A stretch of DNA of 64,000 nt from an uncultured Candidatus Saccharibacteria bacterium (GTDB taxonomy: Bacteria > Patescibacteriota > Doudnabacteria > UBA920): contig CAYVOF010000002.1 of assembly GCA_964453405.1 (NCBI GenBank), positions 10,825-74,824 on the forward strand. Reading direction: 5' to 3'. Of this stretch, positions 39,549 to 48,699 are shown one piece after another. How positions within the stretch are numbered: position 1 is the stretch's first letter; the number at the start of each line of letters is the position of its first letter. Under the pieces are notes generated by a model, which searched no databases, had not been told where the DNA came from, and was given only the letters and a program-made list of their open reading frames with translations. Made by a program: the position numbers and the translations under genes.

Positions 39549-40208
39549 TTAAGTGATTATTGGCGCCTTACCGGTGGCAAAAATGTCTCCGCGATAAATC
39601 CAGACTTTAATACCAATTGTTCCGTAAGTAGTATGAGCAGTTGCTTTAGCGTAATCAATATCAGCGCGCATAGTATGCAAAGGAATCTTACCACTAGACA
39701 AATGTTCAGTACGAGCAATTTCTGCTCCGTTCAAACGTCCACCGATAGAAACTTTTACACCTTTAGCACCAGCTTGCATGATCTGTTCTAGTGATTGCTT
39801 CATTAAGCGACGAAAAGCTACGCGGCGTTCGATCTGTTCGGCAATACCATTTGCAATTACTTGCGCATGCATATTAACGTCACGGATTTCTTCGATATTT
39901 ACTTTAAGTTCACTCTTGATCTTAAGCTGCTTTTTAACACGCTTCTTAAGTTCTTCGATTCCCGCGCCACCTTTACCGATAATTAAACCAGGTTTAGTAG
40001 TGCGAATACCGATAGTGATAGTGCCGTCGTTAAGACGTTCGATATCGATACGCGCTAGACCAGCTTTGCGAAGGTGCTTTTCGAGATATTCTCGGATCGC
40101 TACGTCTTCTTTAAGCTGCTGGACGTAATTGCCTTTAGAGTACCACTTGGACTTCCAAGTGTCGGTAATCTTAAGTCTAAATGAAGTTGGATTAATCTTA
40201 TTTCCCAT
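39549..40208 (-). CDS. rpsC: 30S ribosomal protein S3
   Basis: KPGLIIGKGG, GRLNGAEIAR, PLHT.RADID. Confidence 0.98.
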   Translation of the reverse strand: MGNKINPTSFRLKITDTWKSKWYSKGNYVQQLKEDVAIREYLEKHLRKAGLARIDIERLNDGTITIGIRTTKPGLIIGKGGAGIEELKKRVKKQLKIKSELKVNIEEIRDVNMHAQVIANGIAEQIERRVAFRRLMKQSLEQIMQAGAKGVKVSIGGRLNGAEIARTEHLSSGKIPLHTMRADIDYAKATAHTTYGTIGIKVWIYRGDIFATGKAPIIT

Positions 40209-40213
40209 ATTAT

Positions 40214-40867
40214 TTATTTAGTAGTGTTATCGCTATCTGTTTTTGCTGGAATTGAATCTGCTTCGTTTTCGTGATGAACTTCCTTAGCTTTTGGAGCTTC
40301 TTCAATTTTTTCTTCCTTGCCCATTTCTGGTAAACCAAGTGAACCTTCTACAGTTTGAACTGGCTTGGATTCTTTCTTAGTTTTTGGAACTTTTGCAGCT
40401 GCTTTTTTAGCTTTGATAGCCTTTTCTTCTAGAACCACATTTACGTGACTCATCTTGTGACGGATTACAAAAGCACTACCACGGGCACGCGGAAAGGCAC
40501 GTTGGAGAACTGGCCCCATGTCGCAGGTAATGCTCTTAATAACTAAACCATCACGATTTAAAGAAAAATTATGTTCAGCGTTTGCTACAGCAGATTGTAA
40601 AAGTTTCGCAATCATTGGTGCACCTTTTTTATTGGTGAACTGTAATTGAACCAAGGCATCGCCAACGCGCATGTTTTTAACCATGTTGGTAACCAAGCGA
40701 AGCTTACGTGGAGAAATTCTAAGATTACGAGCGTGAGCACGTACCATTTGCTTTGGCTTTTCTACCACAGCTGTCGCAGTCTTTGAGGCAACCTTAACAG
40801 GAGCCTTGCTAGCTGGGGCTTTTGTAGTAGTCTTAGTATTCTTTTTTGCAACAGTTTTATCTGCCAT
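40214..40867 (-). CDS. rplV: 50S ribosomal protein L22 with long N- and C-terminal extensions
   Basis: ISPRKLRLV, SAVANAE, PRARG core. Confidence 0.96.
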   Translation of the reverse strand: MADKTVAKKNTKTTTKAPASKAPVKVASKTATAVVEKPKQMVRAHARNLRISPRKLRLVTNMVKNMRVGDALVQLQFTNKKGAPMIAKLLQSAVANAEHNFSLNRDGLVIKSITCDMGPVLQRAFPRARGSAFVIRHKMSHVNVVLEEKAIKAKKAAAKVPKTKKESKPVQTVEGSLGLPEMGKEEKIEEAPKAKEVHHENEADSIPAKTDSDNTTK

Positions 40868-40903
40868 ATAATTGATTAGAAATTGAGGAAATTATTTGAG
40901 AAA

Positions 40904-41191
40904 TTATTTAGAAGCGGCTTCTGCTTTTTGCTCTTTAGCAAGCTTACCGCCATGACTAATGAACTTACGAGTTGGAGAGAATTCACCTAACTTATGTCCG
41001 ACCATGTTTTCGGTTACAAAAACTTCGAGATGGGTTTTACCATTGTGCACCATAAAAGTATATCCAACCATTTCTGGAGAGATTGCACAATCGCGAGCCC
41101 AAGTTTTGATTTTGTCGCCTGGCTTACCAGCTACAACTTTCTTCATCACTCGAGGATCTATAAATGGACCTTTTTTTAAACTTCTAGACAT
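40904..41191 (-). CDS. rpsS: 30S ribosomal protein S19
   Basis: [23 protein letters not shown]. Confidence 0.98.
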   Translation of the reverse strand: MSRSLKKGPFIDPRVMKKVVAGKPGDKIKTWARDCAISPEMVGYTFMVHNGKTHLEVFVTENMVGHKLGEFSPTRKFISHGGKLAKEQKAEAASK

Positions 41192-41231
41192 AAATTAAAT
41201 TAATTAACGTTTCTTAGATTGCGCTTAGCGC

Positions 41232-42077
41232 TTATCTCTTCTTAGTTCTTCGCTTAACAATAAACTTAGACGAACCTTTCTTCTTATCACGAGTCTTAAC
41301 ACCGAGCGCATGCTTACCCCAAGGAGTCTTAGGATATTTCATACCAATCGAGTTACGACCTTCACCACCACCATGAGGGTGATCAACTGGGTTCATTACT
41401 TTACCGCGAACTTGTGGTCTCCAGCCCATGTGGCGCTTACGACCTGCGGTTCCGATGCGAACATTCATCCAGTCACTGTTTGAAATTTGACCGATACTCG
41501 CTGCGCAAGTTTCGCGAACTTTACGAATTTCACCGGATGGTAGCTTTAGAAAAGCATAACCAGCTTCGATGTTCTGTAACAATACGCTATTACCAGCACT
41601 ACGAGCAAGCTTCCCACCACGACCTGGAATTAATTCTACGTCATGGATTAAGCTTCCCACAGGAATACTTGCAATTGATAAACGATTACCAGGATGAATT
41701 TCGGCTGTTTCACTATAAATAACTTTATCGCCGACTTTTAGACCCATAGGAGCAAGAATCAATCGCTTTACACCGTCATTATAATCGATTAACGAAATAA
41801 ACGCTGTGCGAGTTGGATCATACTCAATGGTCTTAACTGTTCCGGGAATATCTTTTCGATCGGCACGAACAAAGTCCACAATGCGAACTTTCTTTAGTGC
41901 GCCGCCGCCACGATGGCGGACAGTGATCTTCCCAGAATTATTACGACCAGCACTATTAGCTTTGCTCATTATTAAAAACTTTGGAGTTTTCTCTTTTTTG
42001 TTAAGCACTGCTGCATAATCGGTTACGCTAGATAAACGACGGCCTGGTGTAGTTGGTTTGTATAATTTAACTGCCAT
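41232..42077 (-). CDS. rplB: 50S ribosomal protein L2
   Basis: GRNNSG.IT.RHRGGG, MNPVDHPHGGGEG. Confidence 0.98.
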   Translation of the reverse strand: MAVKLYKPTTPGRRLSSVTDYAAVLNKKEKTPKFLIMSKANSAGRNNSGKITVRHRGGGALKKVRIVDFVRADRKDIPGTVKTIEYDPTRTAFISLIDYNDGVKRLILAPMGLKVGDKVIYSETAEIHPGNRLSIASIPVGSLIHDVELIPGRGGKLARSAGNSVLLQNIEAGYAFLKLPSGEIRKVRETCAASIGQISNSDWMNVRIGTAGRKRHMGWRPQVRGKVMNPVDHPHGGGEGRNSIGMKYPKTPWGKHALGVKTRDKKKGSSKFIVKRRTKKR

Positions 42078-42082
42078 ATATA

Positions 42083-42502
42083 TTAACTTGGTTCTACAAT
42101 ATCAATTTTCTTGCTTTCAGGTGTTAATGTGATCATTGCCTTTTTAAAACCGCTGCGCATTCCTTTGCTGCGACCAAACTGACGGCTTTTTCCACGAACT
42201 TGAATCATATTGATGTTAGCGATCTTTACACCATACATTTTTTCTACTGCTTGCTTAACTTCAATCTTGTTGAGTTTGCCATGAATAGTAAAAATGTATT
42301 GGTTAAAGCGACCTACGAATCCAGCTTTTTCGGAAACACGAGGAACAATTAAACCCTTGCTACCAAGACCACTATGAACAACATCCACCATTGCTTTTGG
42401 GGTTTGGTCATCCGAAGTCGCAGTTGGTGCAGCAGCTTTGTCAGCTACAGGAGCATCAACTACAGTTTCGCCAGTATTCTCTTTTTTAGAAAAAATTGCC
42501 AT
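42083..42502 (-). CDS. rplW: 50S ribosomal protein L23 with N-terminal extension
   Basis: P.VSEK, NKIEVKQAVE, KKAMITL. Confidence 0.95.
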   Translation of the reverse strand: MAIFSKKENTGETVVDAPVADKAAAPTATSDDQTPKAMVDVVHSGLGSKGLIVPRVSEKAGFVGRFNQYIFTIHGKLNKIEVKQAVEKMYGVKIANINMIQVRGKSRQFGRSKGMRSGFKKAMITLTPESKKIDIVEPS

Positions 42503-42528
42503 TTAATTAGTTTAGTATAGAGGGATAA

Positions 42529-43287
42529 TTATTCTTGATCTTCTTTTTTAGTTGCAGGTTTAGCTTCTGCCTTAGCTGGAGCTTTTTCTGCCTTTGCTTC
42601 TACTTCTTTCTTTGCAGATGGCTTAGCCTTTGCTACTTTTGCAGTTTCTTTTAAGTAAGTCTTTTCGATTACTTGTAAGCTATCTTTAGTTACCAACATT
42701 GCGTCAGCCTTTAATATATCGGTGATGTTCAAGCTTGTTGCAAATGCAGTGTTAATTTCTTGTAAGTTGCGAGAAGCGCGAATTAAGTTGTCATCTTTTT
42801 TAGGAAGAACCATCATTTGCTTGTTACCCAAAGTTGGTAATTTAGCATGAAAGGCCTGCATAACTTTGATGAATTCTTTTGTCTTAGGAGCTTGTAGATT
42901 GATTCCATCAATAATGATGAATTTTCCGTCGCGAGCTTTGTCAGACAAAGACATGAATAATGCTTTAGTCTTAGCTTTCTTGTTGATCTTTACACTCCAG
43001 TTACGATCAGAAGTTGGACCAAAGGTGACTCCACCGTGGCGCCAGATAGGGCTACGAGTAGAACCAACGCGAGCGCGTCCAGTTCCCTTTTGCTTCCAAG
43101 GCTTTTTACCGCCACCACTAACTTCGCCGCGAGTTTTGGTGTTAGCCAAACCCTTACGAGCATTGTTAGCTTGCGCACGGACGCTTTCGGCCATTAGATG
43201 CAAAGATGGCTTAACGTCAAAGATTTGATCGCTAACTTCCATTTCGCCAACGGCTTCGGCATTTTGATTGTAAACTTGAATTTTCAT
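42529..43287 (-). CDS. rplD: 50S ribosomal protein L4 with Lys/Ala-rich tail
   Basis: TKTRGEVSGGGKKPWKQKGTGRAR. Confidence 0.98.
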   Translation of the reverse strand: MKIQVYNQNAEAVGEMEVSDQIFDVKPSLHLMAESVRAQANNARKGLANTKTRGEVSGGGKKPWKQKGTGRARVGSTRSPIWRHGGVTFGPTSDRNWSVKINKKAKTKALFMSLSDKARDGKFIIIDGINLQAPKTKEFIKVMQAFHAKLPTLGNKQMMVLPKKDDNLIRASRNLQEINTAFATSLNITDILKADAMLVTKDSLQVIEKTYLKETAKVAKAKPSAKKEVEAKAEKAPAKAEAKPATKKEDQE

Positions 43288-43290
43288 AGA

Positions 43291-43962
43291 CTATTTCTTC
43301 TTTTTAGGATCTTCGACAACAGCGACGAATAATGGTTTAGTCACACCAGTAGTAGAAATGCGAATCATTCCATTACGAGTTCCTGGGACTGCACCTTTAA
43401 TCAAAATTAAATTCTTTTCAGCGTCAACATCAACAACTTGTAAATTTTTAACAGTTACGTTTTGAGTTCCCATATGACCGGACATGCGATGACCCTTGTT
43501 AACATGTTGAGGATATCGTTGACCGATAGAACCAACACTACGAGGTCGGTTATGACCATGACTCATTGGAAAACCGTGAAAACCATGACGCTTCATAGCA
43601 CCAGCAAAACCACGGCCTTTCATTACACCAATTACATCTACCATTTCGCCAATTTCGAATTGAGCAACTTCCACCTTTTGGCCAACTGTAAAGTCTTGTG
43701 GATTTTCTACACGAAATTCTACAAACTTTCCAAAGTTACCTAAATCTTTTTGGTGGCCTGCTTTTGCTTTGTTTGCGTTCTTGCTTCCAGCAATACGAGA
43801 GTTAACACCAACTTGAACAGCATTGTAGCCGTCTTTAGAATCAGCGGTCTTAACTTGAGTTACGATCATTTCTGGAGCTTGAACAACAGTAGCAGGAATA
43901 ACCTCGCCATTTTCTGCGAAGTAGGTTGTCATATTTAACTTTTTACCAACAATGAATTTCAT
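43291..43962 (-). CDS. rplC: 50S ribosomal protein L3
   Basis: DGYNAVQ, KGRGFAG, GHMG, KGAVPG. Confidence 0.98.
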   Translation of the reverse strand: MKFIVGKKLNMTTYFAENGEVIPATVVQAPEMIVTQVKTADSKDGYNAVQVGVNSRIAGSKNANKAKAGHQKDLGNFGKFVEFRVENPQDFTVGQKVEVAQFEIGEMVDVIGVMKGRGFAGAMKRHGFHGFPMSHGHNRPRSVGSIGQRYPQHVNKGHRMSGHMGTQNVTVKNLQVVDVDAEKNLILIKGAVPGTRNGMIRISTTGVTKPLFVAVVEDPKKKK

Positions 43963-43975
43963 ACGGTTTTGATTG

Positions 43976-44079
43976 GTCTTGTCAGGTATGAGTATTTGTT
44001 ACTGAAACAGTCTGCGAGCGCCAGCTTGCGAAGCAAGCGAGAGCGCTGTTGAAGAAACAAATACTCATACCTCCAAGAC
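43976..44079. repeat. 104-bp imperfect palindrome (element P3), core shared with P2
   Basis: AGGTATGAGTATTTGTT / AACAAATACTCATACCT arms; core AACAGTCTGCGAGCGC..GCTTGCGAAGCAAGC..GAGCGCTGTT. Confidence 0.85.
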
Positions 44080-44092
44080 TTCAAGTCTTATT

Positions 44093-44183
44093 AAATAAAA
44101 AAATGTGGCTAATCACCACATAAAAACAATTCATCTATTTATTGTCGCAGGCGACAAAACGATGCTTTGCTTGTATTTGGCGA
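44093..44183 (-). promoter_or_regulatory. Candidate transcription attenuator between rpsJ and rplC
   Basis: Terminator AUGUGG-ugauuag-CCACAU-UUUUUUAUUU; upstream UCGCCAAAUA can pair with its 5' arm. Confidence 0.55.
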
Positions 44184-44246
44184 ATAGTTATCTAAGCTTA
44201 GTAGCTGTTTGGGCTGAAAAAAGTTTAGAACAAATTCACACTATCT

Positions 44247-44570
44247 TTAACTCATTTTAATCTCTACGTCTACTCCAGCTGGTAAAGCGAGGTTAGTAAG
44301 AGAATCGATGGTTTTTGGGGTCGGATCGAGAATGTCGATCATGCGCTTATGAGTGCGCATTTCAAACTGTTCTCGGCTATCTTTATGTACAAAAGTCGAA
44401 CGAAGCACTGTGTACTTTCGCTTTGCGGTCGGCAAAGGCACTGGTCCAGAAACACTGGCTCCAGTTCTCTTGGCGGTATCAACGATTTGCTTAGCACTCT
44501 GATCGATTAACTTATGATCATATGCGCGAATCTTGATGCGAATTTTTGGCTTGTGTTCGGCCTTTTCCAT
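44247..44570 (-). CDS. rpsJ: 30S ribosomal protein S10
   Basis: [24 protein letters not shown]; start set at MEKAEH. Confidence 0.97.
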   Translation of the reverse strand: MEKAEHKPKIRIKIRAYDHKLIDQSAKQIVDTAKRTGASVSGPVPLPTAKRKYTVLRSTFVHKDSREQFEMRTHKRMIDILDPTPKTIDSLTNLALPAGVDVEIKMS

Positions 44571-44674
44571 AAAATAGATTGACAATATGCTGTTTTTGGC
44601 TTATTTATAAAAGATTTTAGCCACTATTCAGCAATTAAAAGCACTAGCTTTATTGCTAGTAGAACTTAATCAAA

Positions 44675-44768
44675 ATTTTATCCCATATTTAGCAGAGTGT
44701 CAAGTTTTTATTGGGGAAAATATGAGATATTGATGGATATTGACAAAATCTTAGATTTATGGTAAAAT
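44675..44768. promoter_or_regulatory. Divergent sigma70 promoters (rpsJ on minus; methyltransferase on plus)
   Basis: Minus TTGACA-17-TAAAAT (44703-44675); plus TTGACA-17-TAAAAT (44740-44768). Confidence 0.8.
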
Positions 44769-44802
44769 AAGTTGGTTTTTATGTCTAAGTTATGGAGGAA
44801 TT

Positions 44803-45666
44803 ATGAAACCAACTATTTACCAGGTAGGCGCTCCAACCAGTGAAGTTAGGCGTCTTGAGAATTTGGAGTGGCCAAATGAAGTTAGCAAAAGTATCCTCGA
44901 AGCACTTCATGCTGGAATCCCAATCACTTCCCTACTCGATGCAGGAGCCGGCCCAGGAACACAAATGGCGGAACTGTGTTATAAACTCGATATTGAGTAC
45001 AGAGCATTTGACAATGGCAAAATGTCGACCCCAGTCGGCGACGTTTATATGGCTGACATTCTTAAAAGGAATCTGTGGGATAAAGGCCTTCTAGGCTCTT
45101 CGGTTGTTGCCGACGTATTGACCGTTGGACTAGACTCATTTGGTGACCGTAATTACGATCTGCGCGATAACAGTCTTCCTGATATTGTCCACATGCGGTT
45201 CGTACTTATGCACTTGCCAGCTTGTGAATGGGCTATGGCAATTATGAATATGCTCATGCTAGCACAGAAACGATTAATTTTGATGGAATACGATTGGCGA
45301 ACTGTTAAAAGTTCATCGCACCCCACATTAATCGAAGAAAGTGTAAAAACTTTTGAACGATTTGCCAAGTTGGTAAATCTCAACCTCTACGCCGGCCGGA
45401 ATCTAACAAACGAGGCAAATGGATTTGGTTACCCTGTAACTGAATGCGTATATTCCAGAGCTGAAGGTCATTATGCGCAAGAGCTGGCCTCTAAACTCCC
45501 GACAGGAATCGAGACGGCGAGGAAAATTGGCGAGATCGATCTGGCAAATGAGCTGCAAAATATAATGGATACTATCCTAGGATATGGAAATGGGTTAACA
45601 CTCGTTCCAGCAGAAATTCACGCCGTTGTGATCGATACATCAAAGGAACGCATTCGACGCGTTTAA
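44803..45666 (+). CDS. Class I SAM-dependent methyltransferase
   Basis: LLDAGAGPG motif I; DIVHMRFVLMHL; LILMEYD; GGAGG SD. Confidence 0.8.
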   Translation: MKPTIYQVGAPTSEVRRLENLEWPNEVSKSILEALHAGIPITSLLDAGAGPGTQMAELCYKLDIEYRAFDNGKMSTPVGDVYMADILKRNLWDKGLLGSSVVADVLTVGLDSFGDRNYDLRDNSLPDIVHMRFVLMHLPACEWAMAIMNMLMLAQKRLILMEYDWRTVKSSSHPTLIEESVKTFERFAKLVNLNLYAGRNLTNEANGFGYPVTECVYSRAEGHYAQELASKLPTGIETARKIGEIDLANELQNIMDTILGYGNGLTLVPAEIHAVVIDTSKERIRRV

Positions 45667-45685
45667 ATTATGGTGAATATTCACC

Positions 45686-45750
45686 ACTCCGGAACTAAAC
45701 GTTCCGGAGTTTTTTATTTTCCAAAAAAAAGAAGCAATTACTTGCTTCTT
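45686..45750. terminator. Two adjacent convergent terminators
   Basis: Plus ACTCCGGAAC-taaac-GTTCCGGAGTTTTTTATTTT; minus AAGAAGCAAG..TTGCTTCTTTTTTTT. Confidence 0.8.
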
Positions 45751-45755
45751 AGATG

Positions 45756-46226
45756 CTAGCTATGATTAACCATAGCTTTTAGAACTTCGACTGAATTAAC
45801 TTGTGTAGGAATAGCAATCTCTACACGCTTATCACTATCTCCCCCACCATCCAAAACTGGATCAATCGGTGGTTCACTTATAACTAAACAATACTGCAAG
45901 TCGTGTGGATTTCCATTAATCTCTTCAGCATCGAGATGAATTTCAAAGCCCAGCGCCTCTTCTAAAGATTCAAGATATGTTTGCAAGACTTTAAAATCTG
46001 CTGCGGATAACTTTTCTAAAATAATTTCCAGATTGCGATTAGTGATGGTTATGCGGTCAACACCAAAACGAAACAATCGTAGCAAATTATTATCGGACAG
46101 TTCTTCTAGCTGTTGTAATATTTGAATGACGATTAACGTAATCGGAATGGAGCTACGTAGCATCCGCTGTATTGTATCGACACTCTTCCACTGAACTCTT
46201 CTCATATAATGTTCAATTTCCTCCAT
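45756..46226 (-). CDS. Hypothetical protein (start may be 46205)
   Basis: 156-aa ORF; TTGACG-17-TAAAAT (46270-46242); GGAGG lies upstream of the second ATG. Confidence 0.65.
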   Translation of the reverse strand: MEEIEHYMRRVQWKSVDTIQRMLRSSIPITLIVIQILQQLEELSDNNLLRLFRFGVDRITITNRNLEIILEKLSAADFKVLQTYLESLEEALGFEIHLDAEEINGNPHDLQYCLVISEPPIDPVLDGGGDSDKRVEIAIPTQVNSVEVLKAMVNHS

Positions 46227-46312
46227 TTTAAACTTAGACCCATTTTATCTAATCAAGTATTCTTCGTCAAAGAAAAAAGCGCTACCTCGATAGCACTTTT
46301 TTTAAAATAATT

Positions 46313-46672
46313 TTATAAACTACACTCTTGGTATAAAGTTCGAGTGTCCGGATTCGTCATAGTTTGACCTGTGACCTTTGCGTTATAAACGGAACATGTA
46401 TCTGTTGCAGGGATCCAGAACGTAGTTACTATGACATCTGAAGACACTGCTGATGCAGAACCAGAAGTAGTTGGCTTAATTGACCAGCTTCCACCAGTTT
46501 GAGATTTAATTGCCCAACTCCTACCAATATTAAAGTTTGCTGATGAAGGTGTGCCTTGAATATCTGCAAACGGACCGACATGGTAATAACGTGATGTCCA
46601 AAAAAAACCGACCAATGCACCAATGACTAGCATCAGTACTATTAGCATCATATTTTGTTGATTTTTTATCAT
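46313..46672 (-). CDS. Small membrane-anchored protein, paralogue A
   Basis: TM followed by GP.A..QGTPSSAN shared with the 46788 ORF; 2 Cys in the C-terminal part. Confidence 0.75.
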   Translation of the reverse strand: MIKNQQNMMLIVLMLVIGALVGFFWTSRYYHVGPFADIQGTPSSANFNIGRSWAIKSQTGGSWSIKPTTSGSASAVSSDVIVTTFWIPATDTCSVYNAKVTGQTMTNPDTRTLYQECSL

Positions 46673-46787
46673 TATAATTTAACAGTTAATTAATACCTTA
46701 AGTATGAGGCTTTTAAAAAAATCTGCCAAACGAGTTATCCCCAAACAAAAAACTCCCCCCATATAAGAAGGGAGTTTTTTTATATTT
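46673..46787. repeat. Duplicated terminator + DnaA box + promoter segment (copy of 47088-47196)
   Basis: Shared TTAAGTATGAG...GTTATCC(C/A)CAAACAAAAA(A)CTCCCCC...GGAGTTTTT. Confidence 0.8.
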
Positions 46788-47087
46788 TTAATTACCAGTT
46801 CCACCTGGGGTACTTGACCAATTCTCAGTCCAGTAATCACGACCATTGACCCGGCGGTGACATCTCATGTCTTCGCCCAGAGTCCCTGCGGCGCCACTAC
46901 TATCAAAATAACATAGATCTCCTGGTCGATGACCAGCCGACCCTTGTAAATTAGCAGAAGACGGTGTCCCCTGCAAACCAGCTAATGGTCCTGCTCCATA
47001 ATTACGAGCAGTAAAAGCCCAACCAATGAAGATGCCGATTGCGATCATTCCAACACCAATCAGGAGATCTTTTTGTTTCTTTTCCAT
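46788..47087 (-). CDS. Small membrane-anchored protein, paralogue B
   Basis: TM followed by GPLAGLQGTPSSAN; unrelated 2-Cys C-terminus. Confidence 0.75.
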   Translation of the reverse strand: MEKKQKDLLIGVGMIAIGIFIGWAFTARNYGAGPLAGLQGTPSSANLQGSAGHRPGDLCYFDSSGAAGTLGEDMRCHRRVNGRDYWTENWSSTPGGTGN

Positions 47088-47150
47088 TTTATTTTAAACA
47101 ATTAATTATTACTTTAAGTATGAGTTTATTTATAAAATAGTGCAAACAAG

Positions 47151-47159
47151 TTATCCACA
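47151..47159 (+). promoter_or_regulatory. Perfect DnaA box next to a -35 element
   Basis: TTATCCACA; the paralogous copy is TTATCCCCA at 46735-46743. Confidence 0.6.
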
Positions 47160-47162
47160 AAC

Positions 47163-47191
47163 AAAAACTCCCCCACCTCGGAGGAGTTTTT
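47163..47191 (-). terminator. tuf terminator
   Basis: AAAAACTCCTCC..GGGGGAGTTTTTG on minus, right after the tuf stop. Confidence 0.8.
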
Positions 47192-47196
47192 AAATT

Positions 47197-48384
47197 TTAC
47201 TTAGTAATCTTTACAACAACACCAGCACCAACGGTTCGGCCACCTTCACGGATCGCGAACTTACCTTTTTCTTCCAAAGCAATTGGAGTAATAAGCTTAA
47301 TGTTGATGTTTACAGTATCACCAGGCATAACCATTTCTTGGCCTTCTGGCAAGATAACTTCACCGGTTACGTCAGTTGTACGTACGTAGAACTGTGGCTT
47401 ATAACCCTTGAAGAAAGGAGTGTGGCGTCCGCCTTCTTCTTTGTTCAAGATATAAACTTCAGCTTCGAACTCAGTGTGAGGAGTAATAGAACCAGTCTTA
47501 GCCAAAACTTGGCCGCGTTCTACTTCTTCCTTCTTAACACCGCGAAGTAATAGACCAGCGTTGTCACCAGCCATACCCTTGTCCAACTGCTTGTTGAACA
47601 TTTCGATACCAGTTACAACAGTCTTAGAAGTTGGTTTGATACCAACGATTTCGACTTCTTCGTTGATGTTGATCATACCGCGTTCGATACGACCAGTAAC
47701 TACAGTACCACGACCTTCGATTGTGAAGATGTCTTCGATAGGCATCAAGAAAGGTTGGTCAGTAGCACGAGATGGATCAGGGATGAAAGTATCCAAAGCT
47801 TCTACAAGCTTTAAGATAGATGGTTCACCCATATCAGATGTGTCGCCTTCCAAAGCTTTTAATGCACTACCACGGATGATAGGTGTGTCTTTGCCTGGGA
47901 ATTCGTACTTGTTAAGCAAGTCGCGGATTTCTTCTTCTACTAAATCCAAAAGTTCTGGATCAGAAACCATGTCGCACTTGTTCATGTAAACTACGATGTG
48001 AGGTACACCTACCTGACGAGCGAGCAAGATGTGTTCGCGAGTCTGAGGCATAGGACCATCAGTAGCAGATACTACAAGAATAGCACCGTCCATTTGAGCA
48101 GCACCGGTAATCATGTTCTTGATGTAGTCGGCGTGACCAGGACAGTCTACGTGAGCGTAGTGACGAGTTGCAGATTCATATTCTGCGTGAGAGGTATTAA
48201 TTGTAATACCACGAGCTTTTTCTTCTGGAGCGTTGTCGATGCTAGCGTAATCGCGAGCTTTAGCGCCACCAGTTTTAGCTAACACAGTTGTGATAGCTGC
48301 AGTCAAAGTGGTCTTACCATGGTCTACGTGACCGATAGTACCAACGTTGACGTGAGTCTTAGAACGATCAAATTGCTCTGCCAT
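47197..48384 (-). CDS. tuf: Elongation factor Tu
   Basis: [27 protein letters not shown]. Confidence 0.99.
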   Translation of the reverse strand: MAEQFDRSKTHVNVGTIGHVDHGKTTLTAAITTVLAKTGGAKARDYASIDNAPEEKARGITINTSHAEYESATRHYAHVDCPGHADYIKNMITGAAQMDGAILVVSATDGPMPQTREHILLARQVGVPHIVVYMNKCDMVSDPELLDLVEEEIRDLLNKYEFPGKDTPIIRGSALKALEGDTSDMGEPSILKLVEALDTFIPDPSRATDQPFLMPIEDIFTIEGRGTVVTGRIERGMININEEVEIVGIKPTSKTVVTGIEMFNKQLDKGMAGDNAGLLLRGVKKEEVERGQVLAKTGSITPHTEFEAEVYILNKEEGGRHTPFFKGYKPQFYVRTTDVTGEVILPEGQEMVMPGDTVNINIKLITPIALEEKGKFAIREGGRTVGAGVVVKITK

Positions 48385-48613
48385 TTGATACCTTTCTGTT
48401 CTATAAATTCGGTTCTAGCCCCGAGATACCCTCTCTACTTCCCCTTATCATCCTGATCGGGACTGGCTAGCTAAAGCGGGCTAAAGCTGGCGATTCGGGA
48501 AAGAAGGGAGGGTTTCTCTTTTTTTCGCAAGGAATCCAGGTGACGAGAAAAGAGATTTATAGTTTTTTAATGATTTTAAAATTGGCGACGGAGACGCGCG
48601 CCAATCACAATGT

Positions 48614-48676
48614 ATTGTAAGTGGTTTTGGGTGAGTTTGTCAAGGGTTTGACAGCAATAGAAAAGTTGCTTACAAT
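48614..48676. promoter_or_regulatory. Back-to-back promoters (tuf on minus; lipoprotein on plus)
   Basis: Minus TTGACA-18-TACAAT and plus TTGACA-17-TACAAT; -35 boxes 4 bp apart. Confidence 0.8.
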
Positions 48677-48699
48677 ATTGAGTCAATACAGGAGGACAT

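Noticed and set aside
46735-47159. oriC suggested by DnaA boxes
   Set aside because: There are only two boxes, 400 bp apart in a duplicated promoter, with no cluster, DUE or dnaA/dnaN nearby.
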